Shown here: piece by piece, positions 47,556 through 57,279 of the stretch
Numbering within the stretch: the first letter of the stretch is position 1
Layout: every line of letters begins with the position of its first letter
NCBI GenBank assembly: GCA_964545365.1
Contig: CAZJFM010000007.1
Coordinates: 573-64,572, forward strand
DNA from: an uncultured Candidatus Competibacteraceae bacterium
Lineage (GTDB): Bacteria; Bacteroidota; Bacteroidia; CAIKAF01
DNA: 64,000 nt
Direction of reading: 5' to 3'
Notes under the pieces: generated by a model
The model's input: the letters and a program-made list of their open reading frames with translations, nothing else
The model's database searches: none
Told to the model about the DNA's origin: nothing
Position numbers and translations under genes: made by a program

Positions 47556-48133
47556 GCCAAGTCTTTTGGGCAGAACCTCTCTTGTTTCCCCAAGCTGCCT
47601 GGTGGCAGGCTTGGCAGCAGGCCAATAGACCGGCCTTGGCTGCTCAAGCACCTTTCCCTAAACGCGGTTGGTACCACCGCTTTCGCATGCCAGGCCCCGA
47701 AGGTTGGCAGTGTTTTAGCTTACCCCTTAAAAACAAACGACAGGGAACACCCTACAGCGCATTGTTTGTAGATTGGAGTCAGCCGCGTTGCAACGATTTT
47801 TTGATGGCAGTTAGAAGCAATTACGGCAAAAGTCCATACTTCGAATGGTTTTTTGAGGAACTGGAAAACCTTTGGTCACTCAAAACAGAACGACTGTTGG
47901 ACTTAAATCAATCGCTCCTACGGTGGACCGCCGGAAGAATGGGCTTCCCTCAACCCGTCTGGGACCATAGCCCCCTAAATCAAGATGACCGACTTTCAAT
48001 AACAGCCTTTAACACCAAACTGGAGCCCTATCCTCAACCCTTTCAACACAAACTCGGCTTTATGCCCCAAGCCTGTGCCTTAGATTTGGTGTTTAATTTG
48101 GGACCGGACGCTGCAGCACACCTACATCTTTAA
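47552..48133 (+). CDS. WbqC-like family protein
   Basis: About 190 aa. ATGA-coupled directly downstream of lepB, as is typical for WbqC-like genes in Bacteroidota. Assignment is by context and size. Confidence 0.4.
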   Translation: MSQVFWAEPLLFPQAAWWQAWQQANRPALAAQAPFPKRGWYHRFRMPGPEGWQCFSLPLKNKRQGTPYSALFVDWSQPRCNDFLMAVRSNYGKSPYFEWFFEELENLWSLKTERLLDLNQSLLRWTAGRMGFPQPVWDHSPLNQDDRLSITAFNTKLEPYPQPFQHKLGFMPQACALDLVFNLGPDAAAHLHL

Positions 48134-48155
48134 TTGCCTGGCTATATTTGTGCCC

Positions 48156-49751
48156 ATGAAACAAACCGAGGAGATCAAACGTCGCAGAACCTTTGCCATC
48201 ATTAGTCACCCCGATGCCGGTAAAACTACCCTCACCGAAAAATTCTTGCTCTTTGGAGGGGCTATACAAACCGCTGGAGCCGTAAAAAGCAACAAAATCA
48301 CCAAAACGGCCGCTTCTGACTTCATGGAAATCGAAAAACAACGGGGTATTTCCGTGGCTACCTCCGTTATGGGATTCGAATACCGCCAAACCAAAATTAA
48401 CCTGCTCGATACCCCCGGCCACAAAGACTTTGCCGAAGACACCTACCGCACCTTAACCGCAGTTGACAGCGTAATTCTGGTAATCGATGCCGCCAACGGC
48501 GTAGAGGCACAAACCGAACGCTTAATGGAGGTTTGCCGCATGCGCGATACCCCTGTTATTATTTTCGTTAATAAACTCGACCGCGAAGGAAAAGACCCCT
48601 ACGATTTGCTCGATGAGCTCGAAGACAAGCTCAGCATTCAGGTGCAACCCCTAACTTGGCCTATCAATATGGGGCCTCGCTTTAAAGGGGTGTATAATTT
48701 ATACAAGAAGGAGCTGAATCTTTTTTCGGCCAATAAAACCAAAATCGAAGATCAAGTCCTGCGCTTCGATGACCTCAATAAACCGGAGTTGAATGAGGTC
48801 CTGGGCGAAGACGACGCCAATCAACTGCGCGAAGACGAACAGCTCCTGCAAGGTGTTTACGACCCTTTTGACCGAGAGGCCTATTTGAAAGGCGAATTAG
48901 CTCCCGTGTTTTTTGGCTCTGCCGTGAATAACTTTGGCGTAAAAGAACTGCTCGACACCTTTATTGAAATTTCCCCCAATCCCTTAGGACGACCCACCAC
49001 CGAAGGTTTCGTCCATCCCGATCAAAACCATTTTTCAGGCTTTATTTTTAAAATACACGCCAACCTTGACCCCAGACACCGCGACCGCATTGCTTTTTTG
49101 CGCATCGTTTCCGGCGTCTTCTCCCGCAATACCTTTTACCATCATGTTCGGCTCAGCAAACAACTCCGATTTAGCAATCCCACCAGTTTTATGGCTCAGG
49201 ATAAGTCGGTCATTGAAGAGGCTTACCCCGGCGATGTGATTGGCCTTTACGATGCCGGAAATTTTAAAATTGGGGATACGCTCACCCAAGGCGAGCCCTT
49301 CTTTTTTAAAGGAATTCCCAGCTTTAGCCCCGAAATCTTTAAAGAGCTCATCAATACCGATCCCATGAAAAGCAAACAGCTCGAAAAAGGGATTGAACAA
49401 CTCACCGACGAAGGGGTAGCGCAATTGTTTCGACTTCAACCCGGAAATAGAAAAGTGGTCGGCACGGTGGGCGAACTTCAATTTGAAGTGATTCAATACC
49501 GCCTGGAACATGAATACAAGGCCGCTTGCCGTTTCCAGGCCATGAACTTCTACAAAGCCTGTTGGATGACCAGCTCCGACAACGAGCAACTCCAAACCTT
49601 TTTGCGCAGAAAGGCCGACAACATTGCCTACGACAAAGACGACAACCCGGTCTTCCTCGCTCCCTCAGCCTTTTTACTCGATATGGCCCGCCAAGACTAC
49701 CCGGCACTCACCTTCCACACCACCTCCGAATTTAAGGATGCCGTAACTTAA
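48156..49751 (+). CDS. prfC: Peptide chain release factor 3
   Basis: [30 protein letters not shown]…DTPGHKDF…NKLDREG GTPase motifs in RF3 arrangement. Confidence 0.9.
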   Translation: MKQTEEIKRRRTFAIISHPDAGKTTLTEKFLLFGGAIQTAGAVKSNKITKTAASDFMEIEKQRGISVATSVMGFEYRQTKINLLDTPGHKDFAEDTYRTLTAVDSVILVIDAANGVEAQTERLMEVCRMRDTPVIIFVNKLDREGKDPYDLLDELEDKLSIQVQPLTWPINMGPRFKGVYNLYKKELNLFSANKTKIEDQVLRFDDLNKPELNEVLGEDDANQLREDEQLLQGVYDPFDREAYLKGELAPVFFGSAVNNFGVKELLDTFIEISPNPLGRPTTEGFVHPDQNHFSGFIFKIHANLDPRHRDRIAFLRIVSGVFSRNTFYHHVRLSKQLRFSNPTSFMAQDKSVIEEAYPGDVIGLYDAGNFKIGDTLTQGEPFFFKGIPSFSPEIFKELINTDPMKSKQLEKGIEQLTDEGVAQLFRLQPGNRKVVGTVGELQFEVIQYRLEHEYKAACRFQAMNFYKACWMTSSDNEQLQTFLRRKADNIAYDKDDNPVFLAPSAFLLDMARQDYPALTFHTTSEFKDAVT

Positions 49752-50416
49752 TCTTCCCGAGCTTGCTCCAACCACAAACGACTCCGATACAACATATACA
49801 ATCCGGGAAAGTAAAGGACCGAACCCAACACCAATGGATAGGGTAGGCTTCCGCAAAACTTGCTGGTAGAAAAGTACATATCGCTTAGCAGAATCATAAA
49901 GTAGCCGACCATTTGTAAAAAATAGGCAATGGCTTCCCGTTGCAAGGTTACCGACAAACTCATAGCAAAATTGGTAACGAGCATTACTCCATACATTACA
50001 ACAAGCCAATGCATTACCAGGGAATGCTCATTCATACATACCCTGCTGCCCACAATCAGCACCGAAATCATGGCCATCCATACCAGTATGCTGCCAATAG
50101 CAATTTTAGGCTTTCGGGCCTGCTGAAAATCACCAAAAAACTTTATGCTAAATATCAAATGCATCAAAAAATAAAGGCCTACTGCAATATCCTGAATCAA
50201 GCCCTTGTCTATGAGCAAGCCCAAATCGCCCAACCAAACAAAAACCAAAGCCGCCAATAGAAGCTTATCCTTTTTTAATCCATTGTTCCAAAACGCCAGG
50301 GCCAAAAGCGGCGTCAAAACCCCACCGGTAAATAAACGCAGCAAGTCTCCACCATACCACAACACGCAAATATGCGCGGCAAAAAACAACCACCATGCTA
50401 CTTTGGCTATTAGCAT
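49748..50416 (-). CDS. YhhN-like (lysoplasmalogenase family) membrane protein
   Basis: About 7 TM helices with a YhhN-like pattern. Confidence 0.4.
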   Translation of the reverse strand: MLIAKVAWWLFFAAHICVLWYGGDLLRLFTGGVLTPLLALAFWNNGLKKDKLLLAALVFVWLGDLGLLIDKGLIQDIAVGLYFLMHLIFSIKFFGDFQQARKPKIAIGSILVWMAMISVLIVGSRVCMNEHSLVMHWLVVMYGVMLVTNFAMSLSVTLQREAIAYFLQMVGYFMILLSDMYFSTSKFCGSLPYPLVLGSVLYFPGLYMLYRSRLWLEQARED

Positions 50417-50439
50417 AAGTCAAAAATACGTTTTATTCA

Positions 50440-50600
50440 TGTTTAAAATGGGTGGCCCTGCAAGCACCGGGCCCTCCCTGCAAGCCCCGTTGCTAAAAGC
50501 TCCGGCATGCAAGGTCGCCCGGGGCGTTTGCTGCGCGCCACGCCCGGCCTTCCGCATGCCGGGCATTTAGCTTCCGGGGGCTTTCCGTACCGGTCCCTGG
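50440..50600. repeat. GC-rich intergenic element, family 2, copy F
   Basis: Contains CCCTGCAAGC twice, plus CATGCAAGGTCGCCCGGGGCGTTTGCTGCGCGCCAC and GGCTTTCCGT. Homologous to copy E at 18346-18501, in the same orientation. Confidence 0.55.
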
Positions 50601-50607
50601 GCCGGGT

Positions 50608-52962
50608 TTAAGGTACAATATGCAGTTTGGTCTTCCCAATGGAACAACTGCCTGCTGTTCCCTGCAATACATACACCCCGGGTAAGGGTTTGGGTACAAT
50701 TCGATAGCTGTCCGGGCTTATTTGCTCTAGCCTCCCGGCCTTCCGGCCTTGTATGTCGGTTATCCAAAGCTCCGAGCTTTCGGTTAAACAGCTGCTTTTG
50801 GCACGTAGGGGCTCACTCGGCATGAGTGGATTGGGGTACCACAACATGCCTTGATCTTGCTCTTCGGAAGGTAAACCCGTGGTAACTCTGCGGGCCAAAA
50901 CGTATTCACCGCTTTGGGGATTGCTTAGCTCAAAAACGCCAATCTTATCGCTGAGCGAAGGACCGGGCAGGTGCTGGCAACGGTTGGGATCGTCGCTAAT
51001 CACTTCCCAGGATTGGGTCCTGGTGGCTCTATACAACAATACCAAGCTGTCTTCTCCGGATACAATAAGCTCGTTGTCTAAACGACCATTGTTTCCTACC
51101 AGTCGCCCATTATAATAAAGTTGTGCGGTAGTGCCATTCGGCAGGCCATCCGGAACATACAAGGCCCAATGCCTCTGTGGATTCAGCTGATATTGACTTT
51201 TCCAGCCTCCGGGTTCGGTCCAACGCTGGGAGGCTATGACCCGATAGTTTTGGCTGTTTCCGGCGGGTAAATCCAAGCGCCAATTGGCGTAGCTCAATGA
51301 TTTGGTGCCGCTTCCACTCAATAGGGTGTCTACTTGGGTCTCCGCAAAGCTTAGAGCCTCGTTTAGATTGCCAATGGCCCACACCGGATCTAAATTCAGT
51401 TGCACCACCACCGAATCGGTTTCACCCGAAACCATAACCGTTTGGGTTTCGGTGGCACCTTGGGCGTCAAAAAAGGTGAGTTCTAAAGGAACATTGCTGC
51501 AAAAATGCTGCCTGCCCCGGGTAAATTGTTGCAATTCTATGGTCCAACTGCCGGATTGACCGGGTACTTCGGTCCACCGATGGGGCAATACCAAAGGCCA
51601 ACCGCCCTCATAAATCCAATCCTGAAAAAAATCGTGCAGTGAAGCTCCGGTAGCCTGCTCCAAGGCCAGCATAAAGTCTTGGGCATCCCAATCCTGCCAG
51701 GCGTTGGCTGCTAAGGCTTGCCTTAACCCTTGAAAGAATAGGTTGTCTCCCAGGTAACTGCGGAGCGAATGAACAAAATCCGCCCCCTTGGAATAGGTAG
51801 TGTTGCTGTAGGTATGCTGTTGAGGCACCCCTGATAAAGGCCAAAAGCCTTGATCATCGAAATGGGCATTTTGCAATAGGTCTTTATGCGCCGTTCGATA
51901 CAGCTCCATATACCTATTACGGCCATAAAAGAGTTCATTAAACCGCCACTCCGAAAAAACTGCCATGCCCTCGTTTAGCCACATATCCTCAGCCGTGCGG
52001 CAGGTGGCCAAATTGCCCCACCAGCTATGGCTGAGCTCGTGCACCAGCACATCCTGATACAACAAACCCGATTGGGCCAAAAGAATAGGGTAGGCAATAT
52101 TCTCGGCATGTTCCATGGCACCTCCGGTCATGGGCACCAAACTGTAGCCCACTTTGCTGAATCTAAAATCGCCAAAAGAGGCTTCGAACAAGTGAAAGGC
52201 CTGTTTTAAATTTTGGGCGGCCACTCTAAAACTAGCCGTGTCTTGAGGGCGTGCCGCCAAAACTATAGGAAGTACAGCTCCGGTTTGACTCAGTATGGTG
52301 TCCTCTAGGGTAACAAAATCGCCCACAGCCACCGAAGCCAAATAGGTAGGATAGTCGTGCAGGCTACGGTAATGCATGTATCGATCCCCGGAGGGCAACA
52401 GAGTATCGGCCTGCAAAATACCTCCGGCAGTGGCAAACTTTTGGGCAGGAAGGGTTAAACGGTAATCGTAGGTGGCGCGATCTATAAAATAATCCAAACA
52501 AGGAAACCAAACCCTTCCATAATTGTGGGGAATTTGAGTGAGCGAAACCCCAACATTAAAGGCAAAGCCTTGATCAAAATAAAAACCGCCAAAAGAAGGG
52601 TCTTGCATGGGCGTTCCTCCATAATACACGGTGAGGCTGTCCGGACCCGAAACCACTCCCGGCAAATCTATGGCCAAAAACTCGCCTTGTTGCACAAAGG
52701 AAAGCAATTGACCTTGGCGAACCACCGAGTCCACCGTTAGCCCTTTCAAGTCCAAAACCAAGGAATCGAGTGGGGCAGAGACCGGTGCAAAATACAGGGT
52801 GGCTGCTCCATAGATTAAAGATTGATCCATGGACCTAAAATCCAAGGCCAGATCGTAATGACTGATGTCCACCTCATCTGCCCTTGTATCGTAAGGGTGT
52901 ATTTGAGCCAATAGGTTGACAGAGAAAAGAATAGAGGTAGTTAGTGCAAGCCATGCTTTCAT
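50608..52962 (-). CDS. Secreted M1-family aminopeptidase with T9SS C-terminal sorting domain
   Basis: GAMEN motif (GGAMEHAEN) and HELSHSWWGN…WLNEGMAVF (HEXXH-18-E). Signal peptide. C-terminal sorting domain of about 80 aa (…VYVLQGTAGSCSIGKTKLHIVP). Confidence 0.8.
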   Translation of the reverse strand: MKAWLALTTSILFSVNLLAQIHPYDTRADEVDISHYDLALDFRSMDQSLIYGAATLYFAPVSAPLDSLVLDLKGLTVDSVVRQGQLLSFVQQGEFLAIDLPGVVSGPDSLTVYYGGTPMQDPSFGGFYFDQGFAFNVGVSLTQIPHNYGRVWFPCLDYFIDRATYDYRLTLPAQKFATAGGILQADTLLPSGDRYMHYRSLHDYPTYLASVAVGDFVTLEDTILSQTGAVLPIVLAARPQDTASFRVAAQNLKQAFHLFEASFGDFRFSKVGYSLVPMTGGAMEHAENIAYPILLAQSGLLYQDVLVHELSHSWWGNLATCRTAEDMWLNEGMAVFSEWRFNELFYGRNRYMELYRTAHKDLLQNAHFDDQGFWPLSGVPQQHTYSNTTYSKGADFVHSLRSYLGDNLFFQGLRQALAANAWQDWDAQDFMLALEQATGASLHDFFQDWIYEGGWPLVLPHRWTEVPGQSGSWTIELQQFTRGRQHFCSNVPLELTFFDAQGATETQTVMVSGETDSVVVQLNLDPVWAIGNLNEALSFAETQVDTLLSGSGTKSLSYANWRLDLPAGNSQNYRVIASQRWTEPGGWKSQYQLNPQRHWALYVPDGLPNGTTAQLYYNGRLVGNNGRLDNELIVSGEDSLVLLYRATRTQSWEVISDDPNRCQHLPGPSLSDKIGVFELSNPQSGEYVLARRVTTGLPSEEQDQGMLWYPNPLMPSEPLRAKSSCLTESSELWITDIQGRKAGRLEQISPDSYRIVPKPLPGVYVLQGTAGSCSIGKTKLHIVP

Positions 52963-52998
52963 AGTCCAAATATACGCAAGCCTATTATATATCCATTT

Positions 52999-53046
52999 CG
53001 CTACATTTGTAGCATAAAAGCAGGTCTTATGCTACATTTGTAGCAT
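52999..53046. promoter_or_regulatory. Two copies of palindromic operator ATGCTACA-nn-TGTAGCAT (centres 30 bp apart) in the promoter region of the M1 aminopeptidase
   Basis: cGCTACATTTGTAGCAT at 52999-53015 and ATGCTACATTTGTAGCAT at 53029-53046. Both lie 40-85 bp upstream of the minus-strand start at 52962. Confidence 0.6.
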
Positions 53047-53402
53047 AAATGCAAAAAGCTAGGTACGGCAAGGGTTTAGGGATGGAATGGCTAAAAACCG
53101 GTTTGACAAGGCGGGAGGCTTGCAAAGCACCTTGCACTCATCTAAAGTGAACCCTTTTGCCTGGCAATAAAGCGAAAATAGGCTATGAATAAAAGGATGG
53201 CAGCTTATGTTGAGCGTCCTACGGCGGAGGTGCAGGCCTTTATTTTGCTATGCGGCATAGGTGGGCAAAGGGCTGCCATCCATAGAGAATGTTTAGAAAA
53301 AAAGAATTTAGCTAACATCCTCCTTTAATTAATTGCTATTTAATACATTAGGGTAATTTATCGAATGCAGGAGTTTAATCTGCTTTTGACGGATTAGTCA
53401 TA

Positions 53403-53512
53403 ATGCTACAAATGTAGCATTGATGGGTTTTCACTTTCACTATTACAAGCGCTTTATACCTTTCTTTGGCTTTATTTTGAATCCTTGCGGCTATGTGCTA
53501 CATTTGTAGCAT
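53403..53512. promoter_or_regulatory. Two further copies of the same palindromic operator upstream of and overlapping the XRE regulator start codon
   Basis: ATGCTACAAATGTAGCAT at 53403-53420. gTGCTACATTTGTAGCATG at 53495-53513, whose final ATG is the probable start codon. Confidence 0.6.
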
Positions 53513-54005
53513 GAAGCTGTTTAAAGACAGATTGGCTTTTTTGATGGAGCATTTTGACTTGAGTCAATCCGATTTGGCCGAACGAAGCGGTGTAAGTAGA
53601 AGCAGCATTGGGCATATGCTGAATGGCCGGAATCAACCCTCTATGGATTTCTTGGCCGGTGTGTTGCAGGAATGGCCGGAGATTGATGCGGATTGGCTGG
53701 TTATGGGCAAAGGACCCTGGAAACGACAAGCTCTTGACCCACAAATGCACCCATTTACAGCTTCGGAAGGAGAGCAGCCTTTATCTACTGCGCACTCCTC
53801 CCATGATCCCATGGCTAAGCGTTTAAACACAAAGTCTGAAGAACTCATGGCAAGCGTCCCTGAGGAAATGGAGTCCTGCTCAAGTCAGGAATCCGGGCCT
53901 GAAGCGCTTGAACCTTCTGCTAAACAGGAGGTTCAAGCCGATGCCAAGGAGTTGCTGGTTTTGTTTTCCGATGGAACCTACCGCCGCTTTCTTCCTCGCA
54001 GTTGA
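53511..54005 (+). CDS. XRE-family helix-turn-helix transcriptional regulator with disordered acidic/Ser-rich tail
   Basis: HTH_XRE-like LSQSDLAERSGVSRSSIGHMLNGRNQPS. C-terminal low-complexity region ending in LLVLFSDGTYRRF. Alternative start at 53493. Confidence 0.6.
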   Translation: MKLFKDRLAFLMEHFDLSQSDLAERSGVSRSSIGHMLNGRNQPSMDFLAGVLQEWPEIDADWLVMGKGPWKRQALDPQMHPFTASEGEQPLSTAHSSHDPMAKRLNTKSEELMASVPEEMESCSSQESGPEALEPSAKQEVQADAKELLVLFSDGTYRRFLPRS

Positions 54006-54063
54006 ACCGCCCCACGGCTTGGTATTAGTGGCTTTTGGGCAATTCTTTTCCCCTAAAACGGCC

Positions 54064-55101
54064 TTATTGCTGCATAAGCAATAGTTCGCCAATGACCGTG
54101 TAAACGGAATTTGTGTTTGTGGCCGAAGAGCGTAAGCGGTAAAAGGTATATGGTGTGGTGTTGTTGAACCGATATAGACCGAATGGGCTTACTTCCAGGC
54201 TAAGGCCGGAGATTACGTTAGGTGGTGGGGCGTTTGTTCTGGTGTCGAGAGAAATCCAGCTAGATCCGTTATTGCTCGCTTCTAAAACCCATTGGGTTGG
54301 AATATGGTCGTTCCCCCAACGCCTCCACATGGCATAACTGTTCACGATTTGGGGACTTGCAAATTGAATCCTAATCCACGCCGATGATACATCGCCTTGG
54401 GCAGCATGCCAACAGCCGGTGATGTCGTCTAAAATGCCATCGAAGGCTTTTGCCGGTGCGCGGGGTGGGTCAAGGGTTGAACTGGCGGTAAATTGTGTTC
54501 CGGCTAAACTTTGGTTGGCACCAGCCTTAATGGTAGGAGTTTGAATAGTAAGGGTATTGCCATAAAAAATCGGGCCGTTTTGGGCCCAGGCAAAGCTTCG
54601 CAGGTAATAGGTTCTGCCGGGAAGTAAGGAATTGGCCACTAAGCTGCTGCTTCCTAAGGTCGGCATATCAATGAGTTTAGAGTTTGAAGTGTCGGGTTGG
54701 GGAAGGGTGTCCCAACATATGCCTTTTTGGACTAAGGCATTTCCGCCATCGTTCACCAATTGGTAGTGTGCTCTGAAACCAAGGGCCCATAACCTATCTA
54801 CGGAATCGGTAATGAGTTGCGCCGGCTGGGGGCAAGGGCTATACCAACCCAGGGCTTGTCCCCGGTAAAATTCCATGCAATGGTTGTCGAGGTTATAAAT
54901 TTGAAGCCCTTCGGCGGGGTTTTGTATGGCGTTTCGTTGCGCTGTGCTAAGTCTGGGGGGCAAAAAACCTCGAAGAGAATCTTGCAATTCTAGGCTTGCG
55001 GAGGGGTGGGGAGCCCCTTGTCCCTGGCTGCCAATTTTGACGCCTTGGGCTTGAGCCAATGATAAAAAGCTTAAAAACAAGAGGATGAGGGCCTTTTTCA
55101 T
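54064..55101 (-). CDS. Secreted hypothetical protein with C-terminal F5/8-type-C (discoidin)-like domain
   Basis: Signal peptide MKKALILLFLSFLSLAQA. C-terminal …AFDGILDDITGCWHAAQGDVSSAWIRIQF… is galactose-binding-domain-like. Confidence 0.4.
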   Translation of the reverse strand: MKKALILLFLSFLSLAQAQGVKIGSQGQGAPHPSASLELQDSLRGFLPPRLSTAQRNAIQNPAEGLQIYNLDNHCMEFYRGQALGWYSPCPQPAQLITDSVDRLWALGFRAHYQLVNDGGNALVQKGICWDTLPQPDTSNSKLIDMPTLGSSSLVANSLLPGRTYYLRSFAWAQNGPIFYGNTLTIQTPTIKAGANQSLAGTQFTASSTLDPPRAPAKAFDGILDDITGCWHAAQGDVSSAWIRIQFASPQIVNSYAMWRRWGNDHIPTQWVLEASNNGSSWISLDTRTNAPPPNVISGLSLEVSPFGLYRFNNTTPYTFYRLRSSATNTNSVYTVIGELLLMQQ

Positions 55102-55189
55102 TTCTTTATTTTAATTGTGAAATTAAAAAATGTTTAGGTACGAAGCCAAGCCGATGGAGAAGGCAAAAAACTTGAATCCGCTGCCGCTT

Positions 55190-55345
55190 AACAGCATATC
55201 GGGCATGCGCCCCTGACCGACCGGCTACCCTGCAGGGATGCGGCCATGCAGGGCTTGGCGGACGTAGGCTCCCATGATAAGGAGCCCACGTACCGCCTAG
55301 CCCTGCACGGCCGGAGACCGAAGCGTAGTAGGAAGGGCAGGAATA
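55190..55345. repeat. GC-rich intergenic element (possibly related to family 2) between the secreted protein gene and tRNA-Leu
   Basis: Contains the palindrome CCCTGCAGGG and the segments CATGCAGGGC and GCCCTGCACGGCCGG. Family 2 has similar CCCTGCAAGC and CATGCAAGG motifs. About 65% GC. Confidence 0.4.
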
Positions 55346-55435
55346 GGCGCCCAAAAAATCCAACCGAAAAATCAAAAAGGGGGACGGAGTGGCAAAAAAA
55401 AATCAGAACACATGTTGGAAGCATGCGGTCTGATT

Positions 55436-55520
55436 TGGTGCCCGGGACAGGACTTGAACCTGCACGTCTTGCGACACACGCCCCTCAAGCGTGCGTGTCT
55501 ACCAGTTTCACCACCCGGGC
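55436..55520 (-). tRNA. tRNA-Leu (anticodon GAG), type II with long variable arm, CCA encoded
   Basis: Reverse complement GCCCGGGTGGTGAAACTGGTAGACACGCACGCTTGAGGGGCGTGTGTCGCAAGACGTGCAGGTTCAAGTCCTGTCCCGGGCACCA. It has a 7-bp acceptor stem, anticodon loop TTGAGGG and T-loop TTCAAGT. Confidence 0.85.
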
Positions 55521-55563
55521 AATGGGAGGCAAAAGTAATACTTATCCTTTACTAAGCCAATAT

Positions 55564-57279
55564 TCAGGAATGCATTTCTGTTTCCCAACTGCTTTGAGGC
55601 CTGTTGCGGTCTAAGGTATATACCCCAATTTCTTTCTCTTTTCCTTTGAGAAGCAGTGTTTTAACAAATGTGGCTTGAATGTCTGCCGGCAGGTCCATCC
55701 GTCGAATGAGGTATTCGGAAATGAGGACCCGGCTTTGCAAGCTGCCGCATTGGTTCAAGATTCTTTCGGTGGTATTGATTACATCGCCATGGAACACAAT
55801 GTCGGTTTTGGTTTTTCCAATTTCGCCGGTGATGACCCACCCTCCATGTATACCCACCTTAAAATCAGGCACAAAGCCAAATTTTCGAATGAACTGCGAT
55901 CGGTTTTTCTCCATTTGCCTTAAAATGCGAAAATAGCAGCGAATGCAGCGGGCGCGGCGCAAGCCTTCGCGCATGTTCCAGGTAATTACCGCTTCGTCGC
56001 CCACGTATTGGTAAATTTCGCCTCGATAGCGTGCTACCGGCGAAGAAAGCATGGAGAAAAAGGTGGACAACAGCGCGTGGTACTTTTCCATGGACATGGT
56101 TTCGGCCATGCGGGTAGAGGAGTTGAGGTCAATGAACATAAATATCCGCTCTTCTCCGGTGGGTTTGTGGTATTTTCCGCGTACGTAATTCCACAGAATC
56201 CGAGGTCCTACAATCCGAGTGGCCAGCTTTATAAAATTGAGTAAAATGCTCATTAAAAAGGCGTTCCAAGCCAATACGAACAGCAGGCTGGGTTCAAATA
56301 GCGCACTCATTTCTTCCTCGCCACCATAGCCCCACCACGAAAACAAGGCCAGGGTAGTCAGCTCAGCGGTTACAAACAAAAATATAAGCAAAACCGAGCC
56401 TAGGGCCAGACTCGCCGGAAAGCTGAATTTACGGAGTACATAGCGGTCAAAGGCGCTATCTCCGGCCCGCAGCATAAGGCCAATGACCAATCCTCCAAAC
56501 AGACCGCTAAGCATTACCTCAGGACTGCTGCCCCAAACCGCTACGTTCATGGTTAAACCGATGGCGCAGCCAAGAACTACCGACCAAAGGTAGGCGCCCA
56601 ATCTATAGCGTAGCCACTCCCTTACTACTATGTTTTTGGGCACTTTGGGTCGAACCGGCTTGCCCAATTGGCCCAAGGCTTCTTTAAGGGCTTGTAGGTT
56701 TTCTTTTCGTTGCGCTCCCCAAAGTTTTTCGGCACTTTCGGTTTGAAAACTGGTTTCCTCCAAGTATTGAAGTTGGTTGTATAGCCAGTCTTCGTGTTGG
56801 TAGGTTTTTTGGAGGTAGTGTTTCCATTCGTACCGAAGCAGTTCGCCGCATTGCAAAAAGTCTCGGGTTCCCATATTGGCTCTGTCGGCATCAATGAGCA
56901 AGGCTTCCAATCTGGTTTTGGGTCGGTGTCCGTATCGTGTGGCTTCAATAAGTTTGAGCACTTGTTTTCGGAGGGCGTCCGGAAAGTTTAGATTATTTAG
57001 GAAGGCGTCGGCCAAATCCATGCTTATTTCCTCGTGTCCAATATAACTTTCGGTATAGCCGCAATCGTGAAACCAAGCGGCGAGGAGCAGCAGGCCGCGT
57101 TTTTCTTCCGGCAATTTATCTGCTGCGGCCAGCCGTTCGGCGGCTTGCACTACTTCTTGGGTATGGTTTAGGTTATGGAACCGAAGGTTTGCGGAAAGTT
57201 TGGTGCTAAGCAAGGCCTCCACATAGGCTCGGCTTTGGGCAATCCAAAATTCCCATGGTTTAAGGTTTAGTGACTCCAT
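55564..57279 (-). CDS. HD-domain / multi-TM / class III adenylate-guanylate cyclase fusion protein
   Basis: N-terminal HD motif (HNLNHTQEV…WFHDCGY). Central 4-6 TM helices. C-terminal CHD cyclase (FMFIDLNSSTRMAE…YQYVGDEAVITW). Confidence 0.7.
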   Translation of the reverse strand: MESLNLKPWEFWIAQSRAYVEALLSTKLSANLRFHNLNHTQEVVQAAERLAAADKLPEEKRGLLLLAAWFHDCGYTESYIGHEEISMDLADAFLNNLNFPDALRKQVLKLIEATRYGHRPKTRLEALLIDADRANMGTRDFLQCGELLRYEWKHYLQKTYQHEDWLYNQLQYLEETSFQTESAEKLWGAQRKENLQALKEALGQLGKPVRPKVPKNIVVREWLRYRLGAYLWSVVLGCAIGLTMNVAVWGSSPEVMLSGLFGGLVIGLMLRAGDSAFDRYVLRKFSFPASLALGSVLLIFLFVTAELTTLALFSWWGYGGEEEMSALFEPSLLFVLAWNAFLMSILLNFIKLATRIVGPRILWNYVRGKYHKPTGEERIFMFIDLNSSTRMAETMSMEKYHALLSTFFSMLSSPVARYRGEIYQYVGDEAVITWNMREGLRRARCIRCYFRILRQMEKNRSQFIRKFGFVPDFKVGIHGGWVITGEIGKTKTDIVFHGDVINTTERILNQCGSLQSRVLISEYLIRRMDLPADIQATFVKTLLLKGKEKEIGVYTLDRNRPQSSWETEMHS

